NCBI GenBank assembly: GCA_043800255.1
Contig: JAZDNF010000004.1
Location: 1 to 41,191 of the forward strand
DNA: 41,191 nucleotides
Direction: 5' to 3'
Origin: Candidatus Altiarchaeota archaeon
GTDB lineage: Archaea > Altiarchaeota > Altiarchaeia > IMC4 > SCGC-AAA252-I15
Part shown: positions 8,680-16,741 of the stretch, one piece after another
Layout of the letters: every line of letters begins with the position of its first letter
Position numbering within the stretch: the first letter of the stretch is position 1
Notes under the pieces: model-generated
What the model was told of the DNA's origin: nothing
What the model saw: the letters and a program-made list of their open reading frames with translations, nothing else
The model's database searches: none
Position numbers and translations under genes: made by a program

Positions 8680-8856
8680 TCAGTAGTCGAAGATGTTCTT
8701 CTTGTTCCTCTGTTTTATCACGTCGATTGCCGTTCTGACAGGGTGGTTGTTGTGGAATTTTTCGTTGAGGTGCTGGGCTAACTCCTCGTTGGAGTATTCT
8801 CTAGAGTGGACTTTTATGAACTTTATCTCAGGGTATGACCACAGTTTGTCTTGCAT
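8680..8856 (-). CDS. Small Myb/SANT-like HTH protein (58 aa, not in ORF track)
   Basis: MQDKLWSYPEIKFIKVHSREYSNEELAQHLNEKFHNNHPVRTAIDVIKQRNKKNIFDY; TATTAATA at 8885-8878. Confidence 0.7.
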   Translation of the reverse strand: MQDKLWSYPEIKFIKVHSREYSNEELAQHLNEKFHNNHPVRTAIDVIKQRNKKNIFDY

Positions 8857-8949
8857 GGAATATATTTTACATGGGGTTATTAATAGTTTTGGTTGCGGGC
8901 GGCATATATTCTTACCAAAATAGTAATAACCCTGAAAGATTATTACTGA

Positions 8950-9987
8950 TTAGGTAATCATTGGCTCAGGTATGCCCAAAGCCCTGTCAGTCTTCTCAAT
9001 AGACTTCTCTGCAGGCATCAGGTTGAACATCGCCCTTATCGCATCAATGTTCTCAGGAACGACATCAGACTCCTGGTGGATTGCCTGCGTGTAATACAAT
9101 TCGCCCCCTTTAACGTTCACAGACTCCCTCCAGACGCAGATTTCCATCATGTCGCTCCTCGGCCCATACAAGTCTCTTGCCAGCTCCATTATCTGGGCTG
9201 TCGACGTTAAACCCTCATCAGCGCTGACAAGCCTTACCCTCCGAGTCTTTTCAAAAGTCTTGATAACATCCTCAGATTTCGCGTCCTTCTTAAGCTCCAC
9301 CATCAGCGTCTGCAGGTGCATCAGCGTTGTGGGAACAACGAACCCGACGGTTACGATATTGAGGTCAGGCATTACTGTGACGACGTCTGGGCCGTGATGG
9401 GACGGCACTGTCACTGGATTGGGGACTATCGCGTTCACAGGACCGCTTTTGGTGTTGCCTGGGTCAGGCCCCCTCCTTATGAGAATGACTCTGGCCTTCT
9501 TTATTCCGAAGCTGTCTTTCACAGCTCCGAGAGTCCTGCACAATCCTGTTGTATTGCAGGAGACCACCCTGACGTAGTCTTTATTAATCGCTTGGTCGTA
9601 ATTGCGCAGCGCAGAAAACGACACGTCTGCGATGTGCGCTTTCTCGCCGCCCTGGAATATGGCCTTGATTTTGGCCTTCTTGTAGTAATCCTCCTTGTTC
9701 TTCTCCCCGGACTTCTTCCCAGGAGAGCAGTCTACTATGAGGTCCGACGCCTTCACCAGGTCTTCTATGGTGCCCTGCATCGGAACCTTCTCCTTCTTGA
9801 AGTTCTCAACAGCCTCAGGTATGGCCCCGTAGATCCTAAAGCCCTTTTTGACAGCCAGTTTAGCGATCCAGTCAGGCTTGGTCTTCGTAACGCCTGAAAC
9901 GACCATATCGTCCTGCAAATTCACAGCATCAGCAACACGTTTCCCAATAGTCCCGTAACCGTTTATCCCAACCTTAATCTTATCCAT
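8950..9987 (-). CDS. gap: Glyceraldehyde-3-phosphate dehydrogenase, archaeal type II
   Basis: [49 protein letters not shown]. Confidence 0.97.
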   Translation of the reverse strand: MDKIKVGINGYGTIGKRVADAVNLQDDMVVSGVTKTKPDWIAKLAVKKGFRIYGAIPEAVENFKKEKVPMQGTIEDLVKASDLIVDCSPGKKSGEKNKEDYYKKAKIKAIFQGGEKAHIADVSFSALRNYDQAINKDYVRVVSCNTTGLCRTLGAVKDSFGIKKARVILIRRGPDPGNTKSGPVNAIVPNPVTVPSHHGPDVVTVMPDLNIVTVGFVVPTTLMHLQTLMVELKKDAKSEDVIKTFEKTRRVRLVSADEGLTSTAQIMELARDLYGPRSDMMEICVWRESVNVKGGELYYTQAIHQESDVVPENIDAIRAMFNLMPAEKSIEKTDRALGIPEPMIT

Positions 9988-10059
9988 CAGATCACCCGAG
10001 AAAATATTCCAGTGAGGTTAATACTTAAACAGGTTAAAATAAAAAACTTAGTATTCGGC

Positions 10060-11532
10060 TTAAAGGCTCATGATGAGGTTGATGCCGTTTATCATTGCAT
10101 CAACGCTTGCCAATATTATGTCTGCTCCGGTGCCTTGGGCTGTGACTATCTTGTCCTTGCTTTTCAGTTTGACTTCTATCCTCACCAGGGCGTCGCTTCC
10201 GCCTGAGACTGCGTCGACGTGGTATTCTGTGAGTTCGAATGGGACGTCCTTGCAGGCTGTTTTTATCGCGTTTATTGCCGCGTCCACCGGCCCGGTCCCG
10301 ACTCCTGATACCACCTTCTCGTCGCCGTTTATCCTCACTTTGACTGACGCTGTTGGCGTGAACTTGTTGCCTGCTACTGCGACAAGCTCCACGAGCTGGA
10401 GTTTAGCCTCCTTCTCTATCCCTAAGACCGTGTTCGCGATGCTTTCAAGGTCTACCGAGGTTACTTTCTTGCCCTTGTCTCCCAGGTACTTGATCTGCTT
10501 GAATATCTGCTCAAGCTGGCTGTCATCAGCATTTATCTTAAGCTCCTTGAGCATGGCTTTGACGGATTTCATGCCAACATGTTTTCCGAGGACGAACCGC
10601 CTCCTAGCTCCCACAAGCTCCGGCTTTATGAGCTCGTAGGTTTCAGGCTTCTTCAATATGCCGTCGACGTGGATTCCGGCCTCATGGGTGAACGCGTTCT
10701 CCCCTACTATTGCCTTGTTCGGCGGCACAGGCACGCCGGTCAGCCTCTCGACGAGGTCTGATATGTCCCGTATCCTTCTCGTCTTTATCCTGGTCTTGTA
10801 GCCGTAGCACATCTGCAGTGCCATCACAACCTCCTCGAGGGAGGCGTTGCCAGCCCTCTCGCCAAGCCCGTTGACTGTGACGTCGACGACTGTTGCCCCA
10901 TACCTTACTGCTGCGACGGTGTTCGCGGTTGCCATCCCCAGATCGTCGTGGCAGTGCACTCCCACAGGTATTTTAGCGCCTTTGGTGAGAAGCTTGAAGA
11001 GTGTCTGAGTCCTCTCGGGGGTCAGCACTCCTACGGTGTCAGCCATCGTGAACCTGTCGGCCTTATTCTCTACTGACGCTTTGAGAACTTTTTTCAGGAA
11101 TTCCGGGCTTGTTCTTGAACCGTCCTCCGTGCATAGGTCTACTCTTAGCCCGTGGTCTTTGCTGTAAGTTATCAACTCTCCGACGGCGTCCAACACTTTC
11201 TCCCTACTGCTTTTCAGCTTATACTTTATGTGCAAGTCTGATGTTGGGGCGACAAGGAACACGCAGTCGACGTCGCATCCTAGGGCGAGGTCTATGTCCT
11301 TCTGAAGCAGTCTGGTATAGCTTGCAACCTCAGCCTTCAGACCCTGCTTTGCTATGAGCTTTATGCTCTCACGCTCCCCCTCTGATGTTATGGCAGAGCC
11401 TGCCTCCAGGTAATCAACTCCGAGCTCGTCCAAGGCTTTCGCTATCTCAAGCTTCTCTTTCGGCGTCAGCGTGACGCCTGGAGTCTGCTCCCCATCCCTC
11501 AGCGTTGTGTCCAAAACCCGTATATTTTTCAT
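10060..11532 (-). CDS. cimA: (R)-citramalate synthase (LeuA family)
   Basis: [26 protein letters not shown] (resembles methanogen CimA rather than LeuA/AksA), [15 protein letters not shown], LeuA-type C-terminal regulatory domain; start ATG 11532. Confidence 0.85.
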   Translation of the reverse strand: MKNIRVLDTTLRDGEQTPGVTLTPKEKLEIAKALDELGVDYLEAGSAITSEGERESIKLIAKQGLKAEVASYTRLLQKDIDLALGCDVDCVFLVAPTSDLHIKYKLKSSREKVLDAVGELITYSKDHGLRVDLCTEDGSRTSPEFLKKVLKASVENKADRFTMADTVGVLTPERTQTLFKLLTKGAKIPVGVHCHDDLGMATANTVAAVRYGATVVDVTVNGLGERAGNASLEEVVMALQMCYGYKTRIKTRRIRDISDLVERLTGVPVPPNKAIVGENAFTHEAGIHVDGILKKPETYELIKPELVGARRRFVLGKHVGMKSVKAMLKELKINADDSQLEQIFKQIKYLGDKGKKVTSVDLESIANTVLGIEKEAKLQLVELVAVAGNKFTPTASVKVRINGDEKVVSGVGTGPVDAAINAIKTACKDVPFELTEYHVDAVSGGSDALVRIEVKLKSKDKIVTAQGTGADIILASVDAMINGINLIMSL

Positions 11533-11594
11533 CTTATAGAGTATCCTCAAGGATTTTTTGTCCCGTGAGATGAAAAGTGTGTTGTTGTGGAGGT

Positions 11595-11672
11595 TCAGCC
11601 CCCAATTATGATAGAGCCTATGCTGATGGTGATGCGAGAAAACCCAACCTTACTGTCTGAAGCTCTTCTCAT
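11595..11672 (-). promoter_or_regulatory. Ile-rich leader peptide ORF (25 aa) upstream of cimA
   Basis: MRRASDSKVGFSRITISIGSIIIGG*; 6 Ile in codons 14-23; TTTATATA at 11704-11697. Confidence 0.75.
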
Positions 11673-11708
11673 CTATGTATAATAAGAAAAATTGCCTATA
11701 TAAATGCC

Positions 11709-12326
11709 ATGATCGTCGCAGTAGACCAGGATGATGTTCTGATGGTTCCCGGTTCTATGGGCGTCCTCCAAGCGGAGTTGAACCTCAGAGAGGGCGAGAA
11801 GAAGGCCATAATGGAGGTCCTTCGCGATTACAAGCGGGGTAAGGCAACCACATTAGATGTTCATGCCGCACGATACAACATCCTTAAGGGTTATCCCAGG
11901 GACGAAATCTTGGAGGCGCTTGAGCGTATGTCTGCGAGAATCCCTGAGGAGTCTCGAAAGTTCGTCAAAAAAGTCAAAAATTTTGCAGACGTCTACATTG
12001 TCAGCAACAGCGATGTGAGCATCGTTGAAGAGATTGCGAAGTCACTTGATATAGATTCTGTCGCTGAAAACAGGTTCCTGTTTGAGCTGAAGTTCGTAAC
12101 AAACAGGAAGAGCGAGATGCTCATCCGCCGCGGGATCACGCCTGATGTTGTCATAACCGACGACCCCCTCAATGAGTCCGATTTCCTGGACATGGGTAAA
12201 CTGGGCATTGTTATGGCGAGGCGGGACAACCCTGTCACGTACTCAGAGGATATCAGAAAAAAATATTTTTTCGTGAACTCACTCGAGGAAGCGCATGATA
12301 AAATCGTCTCATCTATTCCCATTTAG
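11709..12326 (+). CDS. HAD-superfamily hydrolase, SerB-like, divergent
   Basis: N-terminal DxD (VDQDD), motif II IVSNS, IAKSLDIDSVAEN, motif IV-like TDD. Confidence 0.65.
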   Translation: MIVAVDQDDVLMVPGSMGVLQAELNLREGEKKAIMEVLRDYKRGKATTLDVHAARYNILKGYPRDEILEALERMSARIPEESRKFVKKVKNFADVYIVSNSDVSIVEEIAKSLDIDSVAENRFLFELKFVTNRKSEMLIRRGITPDVVITDDPLNESDFLDMGKLGIVMARRDNPVTYSEDIRKKYFFVNSLEEAHDKIVSSIPI

Positions 12327-13068
12327 TCAGACTCTTCTGGTAGAGTAATTCTTTTGGCGGGTAGAAGAGTCCGATTATCATCCATGTTCCGAATTTGAAG
12401 TGTGTTCCGAGGATGAAGTATACGTCCCGCTCCAACATGAAGTCGTAAAATCTTTCCTTGATCTTTTGTTGGGCTATCCCATCCTCGTTTTCCTTTTTCA
12501 GCACGTTTCTGGCCAGCTCGTTCAGTTCCCAGTCAATAAGGATTATTTTGTGCCCTTTGCAGCTCGGCTCATTCTCGCATTTGAAATGGTATCTCAACTC
12601 TATGGGCATCTTGACTTTCTCCCGTTTTTCCATGAAGTTCCCTGTAAGGGAAAAATAGGCTTGGTCATCGTAGATTTTCGTGTCATTGACCTTGACGTCT
12701 ATATCGCTTAGAATTGGTTTTATAACACCTAGGCTTGCTTTTTTAGCCTCTAGTTTCTCAATTGATGATAAAAGAGGTAGTATCCTCTTTAGGGTGTTAG
12801 TATCGTCTAGTGGGGAATTCAGGTTCTTATAACCGAATACTTTCCTGCTTTCCGTTCGTTTGTCGTTGTCAGGTTCGCCCAATTCAACTTCGATAATATC
12901 TTTTTTCTTGAAGTCTATCCGTTTTTCCCCGTAAACGAATTTGAAGGGGTAGAGTCTTCTCCACTCGCCTTTTTCGGTTATCCCTGCAACGCATACTTTA
13001 TGGCCGTATCTGGTACTCTCCTCTGGCGTAGCCCTCACTAGTACAAGAATCTTTTCCTTGGTGGTCAT
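12313..13068 (-). CDS. Hypothetical protein of the type found next to DUF488 (possible OB folds)
   Basis: VCVAGIT...W.RLYP, SLGVIKP, DWE, FILGT..IIGLFYPP; 4-nt overlap with the DUF488 gene. Confidence 0.65.
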   Translation of the reverse strand: MTTKEKILVLVRATPEESTRYGHKVCVAGITEKGEWRRLYPFKFVYGEKRIDFKKKDIIEVELGEPDNDKRTESRKVFGYKNLNSPLDDTNTLKRILPLLSSIEKLEAKKASLGVIKPILSDIDVKVNDTKIYDDQAYFSLTGNFMEKREKVKMPIELRYHFKCENEPSCKGHKIILIDWELNELARNVLKKENEDGIAQQKIKERFYDFMLERDVYFILGTHFKFGTWMIIGLFYPPKELLYQKSLTKWE

Positions 13069-13982
13069 AGGTGCTTGATCGGACTAGTGATTTGCTCCAA
13101 GTAATCAGATATTATGCCCCGGTGGCACATGTTTCTGTCGTGTTCAAAGCACATCAACGCTATCCTGTTTTTTCTACCAAGGGATACTATTTCCTCAAGT
13201 TCTTTTTTCCTCTCCTTTAGGGTTCCCCCGTAATCTTCGAACAGTTTTCTGTAATCGTCCTGGGTTTTTAGGTTTTTCCTTAATTCGCCGTGTATTCCAA
13301 GTTCTGGGATATGCTTGTAGGCGATTTCTACTCGCTGGAGGTATTCGCTGAGTTTCTTTTGGGTGAAGCTGAGGCTCATGCTGAACGGATTCCTCCGGAC
13401 GTCAACCAATACCGTTATGTTATTTTTTATGAGTATGTCGAGGAATGCGTCTATGTCTCTGCCCTCATAGCCGATCGTGAATATACCCGGAGGACTAGGC
13501 GTTCTTTTTATTCTGGAGCTCTCGCTTTTGACGGTATATTCCGGGTACTTGTCATACACATAGCTCTTTATCTCATTGTCCGAGTTGAATCTTTCCGCGG
13601 TTTTGGCTATCTTCTGCCGGACATTTGGATTCAACGAGACTATAACGCCTCTTGCATTTTCGGTGATTTCAGGATTCTTCTCATCTTCGCTAAGATAGCC
13701 CTTCAAACGTAGCCCATTCAAGTCAAAGTAGCTCATGTTCGAGAACGGGCCGTATCTGTAAGGGAAGAAGTTGTAGAATTTCATATCCTCGTCAAGAGCC
13801 TCCTCCTTCTTGAGCAGGAACAGGTTCTTCTCAATCATCAGCCTCGAAGACTTGCCTCTAACCGAAAGTTCATCAATCACGGCTAACAGAGCCCTCTGTT
13901 TATACTGTAAAACATCCCCTGCCATAAACTCGTCCATCAAACCAAAATACGCCTTCTGAGGCATTAAAACCCCCGCGAGCAA
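13065..13982 (-). CDS. wHTH/SocA-like N-terminal domain fused to DUF488
   Basis: FFPYRYGPFS N-terminal motif; IFTIGYEGR, LVDVRRNPFS, ELG, LMCFE...CHR; true start uncertain (ATG 13964/13937/13925). Confidence 0.85.
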   Translation of the reverse strand: MLAGVLMPQKAYFGLMDEFMAGDVLQYKQRALLAVIDELSVRGKSSRLMIEKNLFLLKKEEALDEDMKFYNFFPYRYGPFSNMSYFDLNGLRLKGYLSEDEKNPEITENARGVIVSLNPNVRQKIAKTAERFNSDNEIKSYVYDKYPEYTVKSESSRIKRTPSPPGIFTIGYEGRDIDAFLDILIKNNITVLVDVRRNPFSMSLSFTQKKLSEYLQRVEIAYKHIPELGIHGELRKNLKTQDDYRKLFEDYGGTLKERKKELEEIVSLGRKNRIALMCFEHDRNMCHRGIISDYLEQITSPIKHL

Positions 13983-13994
13983 CGGAAAAATGAA

Positions 13995-14501
13995 TCATCC
14001 AGATGCCCCCTCCACAATCTTGATTTCCTCAGCCGAGAGGCCGTAAAGCTGGTATACTATCCTCCCAACACTCGCAGAATCCGTTGGCAAAGGTTTCTGG
14101 CGGCAGTCGTAGACTGCAAACTCTTCAAAATCTGTCAAAACAGCGAGAGGCAGTTTCGCACTCCACGAGTATCTCCTAATCTGATAGGCTGGGCTGACAT
14201 CAGCCTTGATGTTCACGGCAGGTTTCTTGGTTTCAACAAAGAACTTCCTCTGCCCGCCAATCCTGAAGGAGTAGTCCGGGGCTTTGGTGCTCTGTCCTAT
14301 TTTGAGGGCGTCCTCGTGTATGACGTCCTTGCAGGCTTCAGCCTTGCTTTGAATGTTTCTGACGTCCCAGCCGAGGGCTTCGAAAAACGGGTTGATGAAT
14401 TCCTGCCGCAGTTGCGTTTCATTATAGGTCTGGCTTGTGTAAGAGTTCCTGTTCCTCTCAAACCTTCCCACCAAATCCAGAATATCCTGCGGGCACGCCA
14501 T
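13995..14501 (-). pseudogene. Internally deleted type IIG (Eco57I-like) restriction-modification gene
   Basis: NETQLRQEFINPFFEALGWD, PDY...VETKK nuclease, LTDFEEF joined directly to the C-terminal tail VYQLYGLSAEEIKIVEG; no methyltransferase motifs. Confidence 0.8.
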
Positions 14502-14556
14502 CACTTAAACATTGGGCGGAGGATTTATAACCCATTTTCCGGCGCATCCATTATCC

Positions 14557-15150
14557 TCACGCGTATCTGACTCTCTTCTCTATCTGCTCAACCCTCTTGA
14601 AGATTTCCTTCTTTTTGCCGTAGCCGTCTGCCATGCTATTCCAAACGGTGTCGAACTTTCCGGGATGCGTGGCTAGGAGGCTCTTCTTGAAGACCACGAG
14701 GTCCATGGCCTTGTCCTCGACTCTGGTGCTGTGGAATCCTAATCCCATGTCAATCAGGTAGATTTCATCGCCTTTCAATATCATGTTCGAGGTTGTGAGG
14801 TCGTTGTGGATCATGTTGTCATCGTGCACTTTTGCAACTATCCTGCCAATCTGCTTCCCGAGCTTTCCAATCCTATCATCATCCAACTCCTCTATCGCCT
14901 GCTTCAGTGTTCTGCCGTTGATGTACTCCATGATGATGGTCGTTTTCTTCTCGTCGACCTTGTAAACCTCAGGAACGCTTAAGCCTGCCTTCTTCAGCCT
15001 CTCGAGGTTCTTAGCCTCCCTCTTGGTTCTGGACTTCCTAAGGCGCCTGTCAAGCTCATCGATCCTGTACTTCTTCGCGACCCTCTCTTTGACGAGTTTC
15101 CCATCATCCAGATAGAGGTTCGCCTCAGCGCCCTTCGCAACAAGCTTCAT
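14557..15150 (-). CDS. bud32: KEOPS kinase Bud32
   Basis: GAEA, K.YR..LD.RLR..RT.REA, HNDLTTSN, LIDMGL, EDKAMDL, C-terminal R.RY; start ATG 15150. Confidence 0.95.
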   Translation of the reverse strand: MKLVAKGAEANLYLDDGKLVKERVAKKYRIDELDRRLRKSRTKREAKNLERLKKAGLSVPEVYKVDEKKTTIIMEYINGRTLKQAIEELDDDRIGKLGKQIGRIVAKVHDDNMIHNDLTTSNMILKGDEIYLIDMGLGFHSTRVEDKAMDLVVFKKSLLATHPGKFDTVWNSMADGYGKKKEIFKRVEQIEKRVRYA

Positions 15151-15181
15151 GCTATTAAATCTCATACTGCGGTAATATAAT

Positions 15182-15766
15182 ATGCAAAAGTTCAGGGAGC
15201 GGGAGCCGATCGATCCCGAAGTCCTGAAAGTGTTTCCGGAATTGATCAGCCCGAAACCTGAGACCGGTTCTGAAAAACCTCGCATACTCGTTGTGGACGA
15301 TAATCCGGAAGTCCACAAGATATGTGAACGGTGCGTGCAGACTGAGGGCGGTTCCATAGTGTGCGAGTGCGATCCAGTGGACGCAGGCCTCATCTTGAAA
15401 AAAGAAGAGTTTGACATAATCTTCCTCAATACCGTACTGAAGCCTGCAGGCAGCCCGAGGAACTTTACTCCCCACTACCTGCTGTCTGCTTTCAGTAAGT
15501 TTAGGAAGCCGGATCCCTATGTTGTCCTTATGTCACATCAGGTGCCAGCATCTAAGGGTCAGGAATTTCTGGAGAAATTATGGGCAGAGTCCCGGGTTTT
15601 AAAAGACATCTCAGATCCCACTGTCGTAAACTTTTTCGGCGTTAGGGACGTAATCCAACGACCAGCGTCCACTCTCCCCCGAAGGGAAGTTATGAGGTTC
15701 GAGAATGAGTTCACCGGCGCCCTGAGGAGAGCTAAGTGGGAGATTAATGATAGAGAGACTGTCTAA
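15182..15766 (+). CDS. Receiver (REC)-like domain protein, atypical
   Basis: RILVVDDN, FDIIFLN, VVLMS, VIQRP. Confidence 0.65.
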   Translation: MQKFREREPIDPEVLKVFPELISPKPETGSEKPRILVVDDNPEVHKICERCVQTEGGSIVCECDPVDAGLILKKEEFDIIFLNTVLKPAGSPRNFTPHYLLSAFSKFRKPDPYVVLMSHQVPASKGQEFLEKLWAESRVLKDISDPTVVNFFGVRDVIQRPASTLPRREVMRFENEFTGALRRAKWEINDRETV

Positions 15767-15768
15767 TA

Positions 15769-16686
15769 CTATTTTGTCAATAGCATGACCCTGCTGTCCT
15801 CTTTGCGGTCTTTAACGCCGTAGCCTGTGTTGTCCGAGATTTTTTCAGCGAACTCCTCTATCTCGGCGTGCGATGGCATATTCTCCAGAGCCAGCCGCTG
15901 CCTGCTGCCTCCGACGAACATGTACGCTTTCACCTCGACATAATCTGGTTCGGCCTTGAGGATGAGCTTAGAGTACGCCTCAGGTTCCGTCATGTTAAGG
16001 CCCTTGACAAGAGTCAGCCGCACGACTTTTCTCGTCTCCAGGCTTGGAAACAGCTCCAGCGTCCTGTTCACCCTCTCCCAGGCGTCAGATAGCATCGGCC
16101 TGTCCACGTTCTTATAGATTCCCTCGGTTGGGGCGTCAAGGGAGACGTACAACTGCGTTGGGAGAGTGTCAAGCGCTTCCAATCTCTCAGGCAATGTGCC
16201 GTTGGTCACAAGATAGGTGGTGTAGCTCCGCTTGTGGAATTCCCCAAGCAGGTCGCTCAGTCTAGGGTAGACCGTCGGCTCGCCCGCGAGGCTGATGGCA
16301 GCCTGATTGGGTTTCTGAGCTTCCTCGAACTTTTTTTTGTTAATCTGTTCTGGAATCCCGCCGAAGCCTGACAACAATCTGCGTTGTTGTCTGACCGCCT
16401 CTTCTATGATATACTGTGGCTCGTCAAACTCCTCCAACTCTTTCTTCAGCGTGAAGTCTGTTGTCCGCCAGCAGTAGACGCACTGGTTGGTGCACCACAA
16501 CACTGAGGGAGTCATCTGCAGGCACCTGTGCGACTGTATCCCATAAAACTGCTGTTTATAACAGTGACCCTCATCCCGTATGCTCTTCCTAGTCCAATGG
16601 CATATTTTAACCGCAGAGTGCCTTCCAACAACCTTGTAATGCTGGTACTCCAGCTCCTCTGAAACTTCTTCCGGGATCATGCTCAC
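15769..16686 (-). CDS. taw1: 4-demethylwyosine synthase (radical SAM, TYW1)
   Basis: HSAVKICHW, CYKQQFYGIQSHRCLQMTP, CTNQCVYCWR, AISLAGEPT; start GTG 16686 or ATG 16680. Confidence 0.96.
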   Translation of the reverse strand: MSMIPEEVSEELEYQHYKVVGRHSAVKICHWTRKSIRDEGHCYKQQFYGIQSHRCLQMTPSVLWCTNQCVYCWRTTDFTLKKELEEFDEPQYIIEEAVRQQRRLLSGFGGIPEQINKKKFEEAQKPNQAAISLAGEPTVYPRLSDLLGEFHKRSYTTYLVTNGTLPERLEALDTLPTQLYVSLDAPTEGIYKNVDRPMLSDAWERVNRTLELFPSLETRKVVRLTLVKGLNMTEPEAYSKLILKAEPDYVEVKAYMFVGGSRQRLALENMPSHAEIEEFAEKISDNTGYGVKDRKEDSRVMLLTK

Positions 16687-16741
16687 GGTTTAAAAACCTT
16701 CTTTTATATGCTTAAGTATCATAGGTAACCTAGGGGTAACT

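Noticed and set aside
8693-8923. 76-aa plus-strand ORF
   Set aside because: The opposite-strand 58-aa ORF has a recognisable pattern, promoter and terminator
15151-15429. N-terminal extension of Bud32 in the ORF track
   Set aside because: Antisense to the REC-like gene; Bud32 homology begins at ATG 15150
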